This document shows, piece by piece, positions 18,589-28,080 of a stretch of DNA of 64,000 nt. A model generated the notes under the pieces. That model searched no databases. It was not told where the DNA came from and saw nothing but the letters and a program-made list of their open reading frames with translations. Location: positions 57,568 through 121,567 of the forward strand of contig JADKCL010000006.1 in NCBI GenBank assembly GCA_016718825.1. Reading direction: 5' to 3'. The DNA is from Bacteroidota bacterium. Lineage in GTDB: Bacteria; Bacteroidota; Bacteroidia; J057; JADKCL01. Position 1 is the stretch's first letter, and every line of letters starts with the position of its first letter. The position numbers and the translations under genes are program-made.

Positions 18589-21470
18589 ATGATGGAAAGG
18601 GAAGGTGCAAAAGCGGCAAAATATATCAGTGGCCTCCTCGAAGCGAGCTTGGATCCGTTGGTGATCATCAGCGCGCTCGGAAAGATTACGCAGGTCAACG
18701 AAGCCTCTGTCAAAGTGACTGGCGTACCCCGGGAAAAATTGATTGGAACGGACTTTTCCAATTATTTTACCGAACCGGAAAAGGCCGAAGCAGGCTATCA
18801 AAAGGTTTTTCTTGAAGGGTTTGTGGCTGATTTTCCGCTGACCATCAAGCACCTGGATGGGAGACTTACGCACGTCATGTACAACGCCTCCGTGTACAAA
18901 GATGCGGAAGGTGGCGTATTGGGTGTGTTTGCAGCAGCACGTGAATTCAATGAGCAAAATTGGGCCATTGACCTACGCGCAGCCAATACCGAGCTCGCCT
19001 TCCAAAACGACGAAAAGGAAAAGCGTGCCGCCGAGCTGAGCATCGCCAACACGGAACTCGCCTTCCAAAACGACGAAAAGGAAAAACGCGCCGCCGAGCT
19101 GAGCATCGCCAACACGGAACTCGCCTTCCAAAACGACGAAAAGGAAAAACGCGCCGCCGAGCTGAGCATCGCCAACACGGAACTCGCCTTCCAAAACGAC
19201 GAAAAGGAAAAACGTGCCGCCGAGCTGAGCATCGCCAACACGGAACTCGCCTTCCAAAACGACGAAAAGGAAAAGCGCGCCGCCGCGCCGCCGAGCTCGT
19301 CATTGCCAATGAAGAATTGGCTTTTCAGAATCAAGTCAAGGAAAATCGCGCTGCAGAATTGGTCATCGCCAATATGGAACTCGCCTTCCAAAACGACGAA
19401 AAAGAAAAGCGCGCCGTTGAGCTTTCCCTGGCCAACGAAGAAATTGCGGTACAAAACTTGGAACGCGAGAAACGCGTTGCGGAGTTAAGCATTGCAAATT
19501 ATTCGAGAAGTTTGATCGAGGCGATTTTGGATCCCTTGTTTACGATCAGTCCGGCGGGAAAAATCACGGATGTCAACAAGGCCTCCGTTGACTTTACCGG
19601 TGTGCAACGCGAGTTGTTGATTGGAAGCGACTTTTTTGACTATTTCACGGATGCCGCGCAGGCGCGCCAAGCGTATGCGCAAGTATTTTCCGAAGGTTTT
19701 GTGGTTGATTTTCCGCTGACCATCAAAGATCACCGCTTCACCGATGTATTGTTTAACGGATCCATTTACAGGGACGAATCGGGAAGGGTAGTGGGCGCGG
19801 TCGTCGTCGGACGCGATATTACGGATCAGAAGAAGATTGGAACCGAATTGCTCGAGGCAAAGGTCGTCGCCGAAATGGCGGCGATGATTGCCGAAGAGGC
19901 GCAAGGAGAGGCCGAAACTGCGACCATCAAGGCCAATGACGCAGTGAAGGCAAAGCAGCAGTTTCTTTCCAACATGAGCCACGAGATCCGCACACCGATG
20001 AATGCGATTATCGGGTTTACAAAAGTGGTATTGAAAACCGATTTGTCCTTGAGACAGAGAGAATATTTGAATGCCATCAAACTCAGCGGCGATGCCCTCA
20101 TTGTGCTCATCAATGATATTTTGGACCTCGCCAAGGTCGATGCGGGCAAAATGACCTTTGAAAAAACACCATTTAGGCTGGCGGCATCCATTTCGGCGAT
20201 GTTGCACCTGTTTGAAACCAAAATCCATGAGAAGAATTTAGACCTTGAATTGGACTACGACGTCAGTATTCCCGAGGTATTGGAAGGTGATCCCGTGCGT
20301 TTGCATCAGATTATACTCAATCTTGTGAGCAACGCCGTCAAGTTTACCAATGAAGGCAAAATCAAGGTTTCGGTACGTTTGGTCGATGCCGACGACACCA
20401 TGGTCAAAATATCTTTTGCAATCTCCGATACGGGTATTGGGATTTCAGAAGATAAAATTGAAAGTATTTTCGAGAATTTTCAGCAGGCTACAAGTAGCAC
20501 CTCGCGCTTGTATGGCGGCACGGGCCTTGGACTCGCGATTGTCAAGCAATTGGTGGAACAACAAGGCGGAACCATTGCCGTCACAAGTCAGGCAGGTGTT
20601 GGCGCATCCTTTGTATTTGAACTTTACTTCGCAAAAACGGCGCTCATTGCTGATGTATTGGAGGAAGTGACGGAGGTGAATGCGGAATACCGAAACATCA
20701 AGGTCTTGGTGGTCGAAGACATTCCACTCAATCAGCTCCTGATGAAAACCTTGCTGGATGACTTTGGCTTTGAACGCGAGATTGCGGGGAACGGAAGAAT
20801 TGCCATTGAAAAATTGCAGGCACAGTCCTTTGATATTGTGTTGATGGACCTGCAAATGCCGGAAATGAATGGTTTCGAAGCGACCGAATACATTCGTAAG
20901 ACGATGAATAGCAAGATTCCGATCATTGCCTTGACGGCGGATGTCACTACTGTCGATGTCGCCAAATGCAGAGCCGTCGGCATGAATGATTATATTGCAA
21001 AACCCGTGGATGAGCGTTTGTTGTACAGCAAAATTGTTGGGCTCGTGCGCAAACCCAAAATTCAAGTGAAGGCGCAAGTCGATACCGTTGAAGGTGAGGA
21101 AAGGCTTGTGAAATGCATCGACATGGCCTACCTGAATCGCCGGACAAAGTCGAATCCGGACTTGATGATGGAAATGATCACGCTTTACCTTCAGCAAACC
21201 CCGCCTTTGATTTCAGCCATGAAACAAAGTATGCAATCCAAAGATTGGGAAACCTTACATTCTGCCGTGCACAAAATGATCCCTTCGTTTTCCATCATGG
21301 GAATCGATGCCGTCTTTGAAGTCATGGCTAAAAAAGTACAGGAATTCGCCAAGGCACAAGAAGAAGTTGATGTGATGCAGGAATTGGTTTTGAAGTTGGA
21401 AAGCGTTTGTTTGCAAGCATGTGAGGAGCTGGAAGAGGAGTACAAGAAGTTAAGGAGCAGTAATTTATGA
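18589..21470 (+). pseudogene. Hybrid sensor histidine kinase (PAS - 21-aa repeat array - PAS - HisKA - HATPase - REC - HPt), split into two ORFs by an 8-bp tandem duplication
   Basis: ORFs 18589-19488 and 19317-21470 carry consecutive parts of one architecture. GCGCCGCC is duplicated at 19277-19284 and 19285-19292. Removing one copy restores ...EKEKRAAELVIANEELAFQNQ.... Downstream motifs are the H-box SHEIRTPMNAIIGF, GTGLGLAIVKQLVEQQGG, the REC segment VLVVEDIPLNQ..DLQMPEMNG, and an HPt-like tail. Confidence 0.85.
18982..19493 (+). repeat. Eight tandem 63-bp units (21 aa, ANTELAFQNDEKEKRAAELSI) inside the hybrid kinase gene
   Basis: Units begin at 18982, 19045, 19108, 19171 and 19234. Units 2-5 are nearly identical at the DNA level. 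The last three units (from 19305, offset by the 8-bp duplication) are diverged. Confidence 0.9.
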
Positions 21471-21901
21471 AAGTGGAAGATAAAATAAAACTATTTTTGG
21501 TCGATGACGACGCCTTGTTTTTGAAGTCGTTGGAGATCGAGTTTTTAAATCACGCGGATTTTGAAATTGAAACCTTTGCGACGGGTGAATTGTGTATTGC
21601 CAAGCTCTCCAACAATCCGGATGTGATCATTTTGGATTATCAGCTTGACGGCTTGGACAAAACTGCAATGAATGGGATCGAAGCCCTGGACAAAATCAAA
21701 GCATTCAATCCGGATATTCCAGTCGTGATGCTCTCTTCGCAAGACAAAATCGAAGTTGCGGTCAATTGCATGCACCACAGGGCATTTGACTATGTCGTCA
21801 AAAGTGAGACCGCATTCATGCGTCTGCAAAAAATCATCACGACGATTTTCACCTACAAAAAAATGGAGAAGGCGCTGAAGTGGTACATGGACCGCATGTA
21901 A
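21467..21901 (+). CDS. Single-domain response regulator (REC only)
   Basis: The 144-aa ORF reads KLFLVDDDALFLKSL...VIILDYQLDG...VVMLSSQDK. Its start overlaps the kinase stop (ATGA). Confidence 0.9.
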   Translation: MKVEDKIKLFLVDDDALFLKSLEIEFLNHADFEIETFATGELCIAKLSNNPDVIILDYQLDGLDKTAMNGIEALDKIKAFNPDIPVVMLSSQDKIEVAVNCMHHRAFDYVVKSETAFMRLQKIITTIFTYKKMEKALKWYMDRM

Positions 21902-22025
21902 TTCTGCACCTGTGATACTTGCAATTTCAATGCTTGAAACTGCAATGGTGCAAGGTAAATCCGGGGTTAAGTTTGTGTTGTTGTGAAAATTCATTCACGG
22001 CAAATCCCAAAAACGGAAATTTACC

Positions 22026-22274
22026 ATGAGTACTCCAGAAAAGAAATTGCCATTGACTGCCGAGCAAATTGCCGCCAATGACCACGCTGCCCAACTTCAA
22101 GCGGCAGCCGACAAGCGTCACCAAGAAAGTGAAAAACGCAAGGAATTGGCCGCAAATGAAAAGGCCGAAACCGCAAGGGAACATGCTGAAGACGAAGCTG
22201 CCCAGGCCCACAAACATTCCATCATTGCGCCTACTTACCCCAAAGGCGATCACACTGAGCATCCTGCAAACTAA
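22026..22274 (+). CDS. Small hydrophilic protein (82 aa), hypothetical
   Basis: The ORF is charged and rich in Ala, Glu, Lys and His. A hairpin terminator follows it. Confidence 0.5.
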   Translation: MSTPEKKLPLTAEQIAANDHAAQLQAAADKRHQESEKRKELAANEKAETAREHAEDEAAQAHKHSIIAPTYPKGDHTEHPAN

Positions 22275-22293
22275 GTCACCCACTGATACTGAG

Positions 22294-22328
22294 GCGCACT
22301 TTCATTCAAAAATGGGAGTGCGCTTTTG
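22294..22328 (+). terminator. Intrinsic terminator after the 22026-22274 ORF
   Basis: The stem is GCGCACT (22294-22300) / AGTGCGC (22317-22323), followed by TTTTG. Confidence 0.6.
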
Positions 22329-22442
22329 ATTTCCGGGAACTGCGATTCATGCAACTTTAATTGCGGTACGTGTAAGACCTTGGGCAAGCAATCTAGCGAC
22401 CTTTACCATGTGAAAATGATTTCACACTTAAGACCTGGGAAT

Positions 22443-22631
22443 ATGAAAAACGTAACTGAAATGAAGGGCGATTGGAACGAACTGAAAGGTCGCCTAAAGC
22501 AGAAATTTGCCATCCTTACCGATGATGATGTACTGCTCCAGGAAGGCAAACAAGACGAACTTTATGGCCGCCTCCAAAACAAACTTGGAAAGACAAAAGC
22601 AGAGATTCATCAATTGATCGAGTCGCTTTAA
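22443..22631 (+). CDS. CsbD-family stress-response protein (copy 1)
   Basis: The sequence is [55 protein letters not shown]. This is the canonical CsbD pattern (G.W...KG..K.K...LTDDD......G....L.G.LQ...G). Confidence 0.85.
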   Translation: MKNVTEMKGDWNELKGRLKQKFAILTDDDVLLQEGKQDELYGRLQNKLGKTKAEIHQLIESL

Positions 22632-22794
22632 AGAGATCAATCACCGCAGGAAAAGGTCAGGTTCAACACTAGCAGTCACCAAGCTTGCCCACCCAGTTCT
22701 CTATTGAATCGGGTTCTGAGCGGATCGTCAATTGGCAGTCGATCGAGAGCCTGACCTTGGAATGCAAATCGGAAATAATTCAATATAAAATCAA

Positions 22795-23238
22795 ATGAAA
22801 AGAAGACTTTTTACAATCGCAATGTTCAGCCTGGTGTTGGGTGGTATTTTGACCAGCTGCAACAGCCCTCAAGAAAAGGCCACCGATGCCAGGGAAGATT
22901 TTGTGCAAGCACAAGCCAACCTCGAGCAACACAAGGCCGATTCGATGCATGAAGTGGATTGGCAAGCCTTTAAGACGGCTTCCATCAACCGCATTGCCGC
23001 CAACAAGGTAGAAATTACCGCATTGAGGGATAAAAAGGCCGCAAAAGGCAATATCATGGATCCGGTCTATGCCCAACAGATTGTCGATTTGGAGCACAAG
23101 AATACCGCGATGCAAAACCGCATCGACGACTACGAAAAATACAATAGCAGTTGGGAAGAGTTCAAGCGTGACTTTACCCGCGAAATGGATGAACTCGGCG
23201 AGTCTTTGAAAGGCGTCGGGTCAGACAATTCCAAATAA
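22795..23238 (+). CDS. Coiled-coil lipoprotein, paralog family member 1
   Basis: The lipobox is LTSC. It shares its layout and the C-terminal motif W.EFKRDF.REMDELGESLK with the ORFs at 24160 and 25760. Confidence 0.7.
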   Translation: MKRRLFTIAMFSLVLGGILTSCNSPQEKATDAREDFVQAQANLEQHKADSMHEVDWQAFKTASINRIAANKVEITALRDKKAAKGNIMDPVYAQQIVDLEHKNTAMQNRIDDYEKYNSSWEEFKRDFTREMDELGESLKGVGSDNSK

Positions 23239-23287
23239 GGAAAGCGCATTCCCAAATTTAATTTACTCTGAAATTTATCAATTCATT

Positions 23288-23686
23288 ATGAAAACAAGTA
23301 CTTATCTTTTGATGTTTGTGATGCTGCTGAGCGTCGGTGCGATGTCAAGCTGTAAAAAAAGCGGCTGTGTCAATGTCAATGCCTGCAACTACGATCCTGA
23401 TGCCAAAAAAGATGACGGTACCTGCATCGACAAAGGTCAGGTCACGTTTTGGACCAATTCCAATGGTTCCAATTACGACATTGATGTCACGATCAACGCT
23501 GCACAAAGCTCAACCACGGTTGAGTTGGTAGATGCCCCGATTTGTGATGCTTCAGGCTGTGCGACTTTTTCGCTGTGCCCAGGCTCACATAGCTATACTG
23601 CACGCGAAGCTTCCCCAGGTACCGGTACTTGGACTGGAAACGTGGTGTCAGTCGAATCAGGCTGCACCGTCATCCTGCTCGAATAA
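23288..23686 (+). CDS. Cys-rich lipoprotein, hypothetical
   Basis: The signal plus lipobox is MSSC. The 132-aa ORF contains 10 Cys. A terminator hairpin follows. Confidence 0.65.
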   Translation: MKTSTYLLMFVMLLSVGAMSSCKKSGCVNVNACNYDPDAKKDDGTCIDKGQVTFWTNSNGSNYDIDVTINAAQSSTTVELVDAPICDASGCATFSLCPGSHSYTAREASPGTGTWTGNVVSVESGCTVILLE

Positions 23687-23715
23687 TCGTTCGCGATTCC
23701 CCGAGAACTACAATT

Positions 23716-23743
23716 GCCCTTGCCTTTTTGGCAGGGGCTTTTG
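23716..23743 (+). terminator. Intrinsic terminator
   Basis: The stem is GCCCTTGCC (23716-23724) / GGCAGGGGC (23730-23738) with loop TTTTT, followed by TTTTG. Confidence 0.6.
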
Positions 23744-23877
23744 TATGATGGGGAATTTTGATTGGGACCTCAATCCGTGAATTTTGCAACACTCATTCGG
23801 CATAATGTAATGCCCTCCCTGCCATTCTTTTTCACCTTTGTGACGTGCCAATCATGGCGCAATTAAACGACAAGATT

Positions 23878-24063
23878 ATGAATACGACAACGATGAAGGG
23901 CGATTGGTCCGAGCTGAAAGGCAAACTCAAGCAGAAGTTTGCAATCCTGACCGATGACGATGTATTGCTGCAGGAAGGCAAAGAAGACGAGCTGTATGGC
24001 CGCCTTCAGCAGAAGCTTGGCAAGACCAAGGAAGAACTGCATACCCTCATTTCTGAATTGTAA
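23878..24063 (+). CDS. CsbD-family stress-response protein (copy 2)
   Basis: The sequence is [54 protein letters not shown]. By eye it is ~80% identical at the DNA level to copy 1. Confidence 0.85.
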   Translation: MNTTTMKGDWSELKGKLKQKFAILTDDDVLLQEGKEDELYGRLQQKLGKTKEELHTLISEL

Positions 24064-24159
24064 ATCGTAGCTCACCCGCTATTGGATGCCCTGCCAAGAT
24101 TAGTCCATGTAAAAGTGGTTTAGTCGGGCAAGGCGTTTCAATGCACAATCGTTTCTAAA

Positions 24160-24600
24160 ATGAAAAAGCACCTTCTCAAATCGATGTTAGTTCTTGCCCT
24201 CTTTGGTTTTGCTTTGCAAAGCTGTGACACTCCCGCCCAAAAGGTGGAGAATGCCGAAGAAGACGTCATCCGCGCCAACGAAAACCTCGACAAAGCCAAT
24301 GCAGCTTACCGCTTGGAAATGATCGAATACCGCGCCAAAAATGCAGAGCGTATTGCGGCCAACAAAAAAAGCATGGCCGAATTCCAGGAGCGCATCGCTG
24401 CCGATAAATCCGAAGCCAAGGCTGATTACCTCGCCAAAATCGAAGCCCTTGATCGCAAAAACAGCGACATGGAAAAGAAAATGGATGACTTTAAAACCGA
24501 TAGCGAATCGGAATGGGGAGATTTCAAACGCGAATTCTCCAGGGATATGGATGTATTAAGGGACTCGTTGGAGAGCCTGTTTGGTAAGGATGCAAGATAA
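24160..24600 (+). CDS. Coiled-coil lipoprotein, paralog family member 2
   Basis: The lipobox is LQSC. The C-terminus reads EWGDFKREFSRDMDVLRDSLESL, as in 22795-23238. Confidence 0.7.
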   Translation: MKKHLLKSMLVLALFGFALQSCDTPAQKVENAEEDVIRANENLDKANAAYRLEMIEYRAKNAERIAANKKSMAEFQERIAADKSEAKADYLAKIEALDRKNSDMEKKMDDFKTDSESEWGDFKREFSRDMDVLRDSLESLFGKDAR

Positions 24601-24612
24601 CTTCAAATCAAA

Positions 24613-24837
24613 ATGGGAATGAGAAAGACAATCGCAATCGCCATGATCGTCGTTGGCGGCGCTATGATGGCTTACACGGGATTTACCTTTGTCACACGCG
24701 AAAAGGTCGTGGACGTTGGCCCGGTACAAATTACCAAAGACAAGAATCACCTCGTGATTTGGTCGCCAATTTTGGGTGGGGTGATCCTTTTCGCTGGGCT
24801 CATTGTGCTCTTTGCGGAAAAGAAGGGTAAAGCCTGA
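24613..24837 (+). CDS. Small two-TM membrane protein
   Basis: The 74-aa ORF has two hydrophobic helices (IAIAMIVVGGAMMAY and ILGGVILFAGLIVLF). Confidence 0.65.
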   Translation: MGMRKTIAIAMIVVGGAMMAYTGFTFVTREKVVDVGPVQITKDKNHLVIWSPILGGVILFAGLIVLFAEKKGKA

Positions 24838-24890
24838 TCTGCCTCCTACAATAATTATTGCATTTTCATTCACCTGAGCGTAGTCAATAT

Positions 24891-25718
24891 ATGGCGATTA
24901 CTTATTACATGTTGCAAATTTCCCCGGTGCTGTTTTTCCTGCTGATCGTAGGTGGATGTGCCTTGGTGGCTGGATTGGGAACCCTTTTGTTCCGGAAGCT
25001 TGTGAAGATCAAGGTGCAACGTTCGCACAATGAGGTGACAGGCTTTTTGTTTCTTGCAATTGCGAGTTTTTATGCATTGTTGTTGAGCTTCATTGTATTG
25101 GTTGTTTGGGAGCAGCTCAATGAGACCATTGGTATTGTGAGCAAGGAAGGCAGTACTGCCATGACCTTGTACCGCGATATCAAATACTATCCCGATACCG
25201 TGCGGAGCAAGCCGCTTAAAACCGCCTATTTGAATTTTGTTTTTGACGTTGTCGATGACGAATTTCCAGAGATGGCACGTATGGAGCGTGCACGTGGGAC
25301 CTCCGAAAGTTTCGATTTGGTCTTCGTGCGCATGGCGCAGTTGGATCCCAAAACCCCCATGGAAAGCATGCTCGTCGCCGAAATGATGACACAGTTGAAT
25401 ACTCTCGCTGCTGACCGTGGACAAAGGATGACGACCATGGACGTCGAAATCAGACCTCCTTTATGGATGCCGATCATCTTGGGGGCTTTGATTACTTTGC
25501 TCTGTGCAATGTACCTTGATATCGAGCGCCTCCGAATGCACTTTATTTTGACGGCGTTGCTGGGCGCTTTTATCGGAATGTTCCTTTTTGTGATCGTTGT
25601 TTTGGATCATCCTTACTCGGGTGTGTTTGGGTTGAAGCCCGACAGTTACATGCAGATCTTTACCAGTGAAAAGTGGTCCAAAGAACTGCACGACAGGACA
25701 ACCATCCAACTCAAATAG
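24891..25718 (+). CDS. Membrane protein, DUF4239-like
   Basis: The preferred start is MAITYYMLQISPVLFFLLIVGG. The TM - soluble - TM layout and HNEVTGFLFLAIASFYALLLSFIVLVVWEQ are typical of DUF4239 from memory. Confidence 0.65.
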   Translation: MAITYYMLQISPVLFFLLIVGGCALVAGLGTLLFRKLVKIKVQRSHNEVTGFLFLAIASFYALLLSFIVLVVWEQLNETIGIVSKEGSTAMTLYRDIKYYPDTVRSKPLKTAYLNFVFDVVDDEFPEMARMERARGTSESFDLVFVRMAQLDPKTPMESMLVAEMMTQLNTLAADRGQRMTTMDVEIRPPLWMPIILGALITLLCAMYLDIERLRMHFILTALLGAFIGMFLFVIVVLDHPYSGVFGLKPDSYMQIFTSEKWSKELHDRTTIQLK

Positions 25719-25759
25719 TCACAAGATTGAAATTCAAATTAAGAATGGGAATGATAAAA

Positions 25760-26236
25760 ATGAAAAATTATAGCAGATATTTTTTGCTGGTATTCGGTTT
25801 GTTTGCGACGCTTGTTGCTTGCGAATCCAATGAAAATAAGGCAGAAGAAGCGTTTGAGCAAGTCCGGGACAGCATGACGGCAAAAGGAGACAGCACTGCC
25901 TACGCTGATTCCAATGTCGAATTGCCCAAACAGAAGGCAAAACCAGCGATCACGCATGTCGTTTTGTCGGAGGAAGCCCGATTTGCAAAGGAAACAGAAG
26001 CAACGATCAATTCGAATGAAGTTTTGATCAAGGAATTGAAAGGAACCCCGGACAACGCCAAATTGCTCAAAAAGATCTCTCAGGTGGAAAAGGACAATGC
26101 GGCATTGCGCCTTGAAATGGCAGCCTATCTGGCGGAAGTAAAATTGCGCTGGGAGACCCACAAGGCCACGACGCTGGAGGAGCTTTCAAAAATTGAAGCC
26201 GAATTGAAGACCTTGAAAGAAGGCCTTTCGAAGTAA
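25760..26236 (+). CDS. Coiled-coil lipoprotein, paralog family member 3 (more diverged)
   Basis: The start and lipobox are MKNYSRYFLLVFGLFATLVAC. The sequence is coiled-coil-rich with the same length class as the other two paralogs. Confidence 0.6.
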   Translation: MKNYSRYFLLVFGLFATLVACESNENKAEEAFEQVRDSMTAKGDSTAYADSNVELPKQKAKPAITHVVLSEEARFAKETEATINSNEVLIKELKGTPDNAKLLKKISQVEKDNAALRLEMAAYLAEVKLRWETHKATTLEELSKIEAELKTLKEGLSK

Positions 26237-26361
26237 TTGCCACAGGGTTTCCACCAATCTGTAAGTCTTGCAATTCTTTGCATTGTCTTTGTAACACTTC
26301 CCGATGCCGCAGATCCGAGCTTTGTATTGTGATAAATGATTCACAAAGAAAATTGAAGAAT

Positions 26362-26991
26362 ATGAAAAAGTACTTAATCATCACGGCATTGTTTTTGTCA
26401 ATTGGCGTTACGCTCAAAGCACAAGACGATCCACGTGAGAAGTTTTCTGCTGGTGTCAAAGCTGGTCTCAACATTGCCAATGTTTGGGACTCAGAAGGTC
26501 AAGACTTTGATGCTGACCCAAAAGCAGGCTTTGCCGGCGGTGTGTTTGGGTCTATCCCGATTGGGAAAGTCTTAGGTTTCCAGCCCGAAGTTTTGCTTTC
26601 GCAAAAAGGCTTTCGCGCCTCAGGCACTTTGTTGGGCACTGATTATTCCTTTGCCCGCACGAGCACCTACATTGACGTGCCTTTGCAAATTCAGATCAAG
26701 CCTGCTCAATTCCTCACCATTGTTGCTGGACCTCAATATTCTTTTTTGATGCATCAGAAGAACGTTTTTACCGTGGGTCAGAGTAATGTCGTGCAAGAAT
26801 TTGACAATGAAAACGATCAGATCCGCAAGAACATCTTTGGTGCAGTTGGTGGCCTGGATGTGAATATTTCCCACGTCGTCATCTCTGGAAGAATGGGATT
26901 CGATTTGCTGAACAACAACGGCGATGGCACGTCGACCACCCCAAGATACAAGAATCGGTGGATCCAATTGACCGCCGGTGTCAAGATTTAA
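26362..26991 (+). CDS. Outer-membrane beta-barrel (porin-family, OMP_b-brl_2-like) protein
   Basis: The signal is MKKYLIITALFLSIGVTLKAQ. Alternating beta-strand patterns run through it. The C-terminus RWIQLTAGVKI ends in an aromatic/hydrophobic pattern. Confidence 0.8.
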   Translation: MKKYLIITALFLSIGVTLKAQDDPREKFSAGVKAGLNIANVWDSEGQDFDADPKAGFAGGVFGSIPIGKVLGFQPEVLLSQKGFRASGTLLGTDYSFARTSTYIDVPLQIQIKPAQFLTIVAGPQYSFLMHQKNVFTVGQSNVVQEFDNENDQIRKNIFGAVGGLDVNISHVVISGRMGFDLLNNNGDGTSTTPRYKNRWIQLTAGVKI

Positions 26992-27130
26992 TACCGAAAG
27001 GCGAAGCCATGGCTTGCATCAACCTACACTTAGAACCCGCAACTCGGCAGCAGAACCCACCCGCTTAGGCGGGTGGGTAGCTCCAACGGAGTAGGCCCAT
27101 TTATTCATTAAGATTTCAACCCTTCAACGT

Positions 27131-27685
27131 ATGAAAATATTTCTCTACACGATCTTGTTTGTCCTTCTGTTCTCCTGTGGGAACGTGTCTGCACAAACAA
27201 CAGCCCCATCCTCCGAGTCTTTTGGGAACACCCTGAATTTGGGTGTGGGGATTGGCTATTATGGTTACGTCGGCCGTGCTATGCCTGCCTTGTCTGCAAA
27301 TTACGAGTTCAATGTTGCGCGTAATTTCACATTGGCTCCGTTTGTGACCTTTATCACCTATCGTAATTACAGGCGCTGGGACGGGTACAATTATGCCTAT
27401 CGCCAATCCGTCGTTCCGATGGGCCTCAAGGGCACATATTATTTTGACAGATTGCTCCATGCTGGCTCACGCTGGGACTTTTATCTGGCTGGTTCCCTTG
27501 GATTTGCCCTACGCACGACCCGCTGGGAAACAGGCTATTACGGTGATCCGGTGGTCGAGCGTGGCACAAGCGGCCTCTACCTCGATGGACACATTGGAGC
27601 TGAATACCATGCAAGCCAAAATCTCGGACTTTTCCTCGATCTCTCCACTGGCATTTCGCTTTTTGGACTTGCCATTCACCTTTAA
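27131..27685 (+). CDS. Putative small outer-membrane beta-barrel protein
   Basis: It has a signal peptide and is rich in Gly, Tyr and aromatic residues with alternating strands. The C-terminus is SLFGLAIHL. Confidence 0.6.
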   Translation: MKIFLYTILFVLLFSCGNVSAQTTAPSSESFGNTLNLGVGIGYYGYVGRAMPALSANYEFNVARNFTLAPFVTFITYRNYRRWDGYNYAYRQSVVPMGLKGTYYFDRLLHAGSRWDFYLAGSLGFALRTTRWETGYYGDPVVERGTSGLYLDGHIGAEYHASQNLGLFLDLSTGISLFGLAIHL

Positions 27686-27697
27686 TTCAAGAAGACT

Positions 27698-27850
27698 ATG
27701 AATAATTTGCTCTACATCATCGCTGTAATCTTAGTGATTGCCTGGGCCGTTGGCTACATCGGATTCGGAACCTCCAACCTCATCCACATCCTATTGGTCA
27801 TTGCCATCATCTCCGTCCTCTTTCAAGTAATTTCTGGCCGCAGGAATTGA
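27698..27850 (+). CDS. lmo0937-like small membrane protein (50 aa), too short for the ORF track
   Basis: My translation is MNNLLYIIAVILVIAWAVGYIGFGTSNLIHILLVIAIISVLFQVISGRRN. It matches the widespread ~50-aa family pattern (IL.I.W..G........IH.LLVIA...). Confidence 0.6.
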   Translation: MNNLLYIIAVILVIAWAVGYIGFGTSNLIHILLVIAIISVLFQVISGRRN

Positions 27851-28080
27851 TCCAAGGCACCTGAAACGAATATTTGGTCAAAAATTCTGCTATGATTTTG
27901 CCAAGAATGCACAAAACTGGTTTACCCCGGTTTTGTGTTTTTCGTTTTTCACCGTTCACTTCTCTGATCGTATCGCCTTTTGCGCAGTAAGCCGATTTGA
28001 AAATTGGACTTTGACGCCTTATCTTGGCATGGTCCTCCCACAAGGCGTCTGTTTTCAGTGTTTTTAAGGCGAGATAGCGT

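Noticed and set aside
18982-19493. I considered whether the regular 63-bp repeats could be a CRISPR-like array.
   Set aside because: The units are contiguous with no spacers. They are in frame inside a kinase gene and encode a 21-aa coiled-coil repeat.
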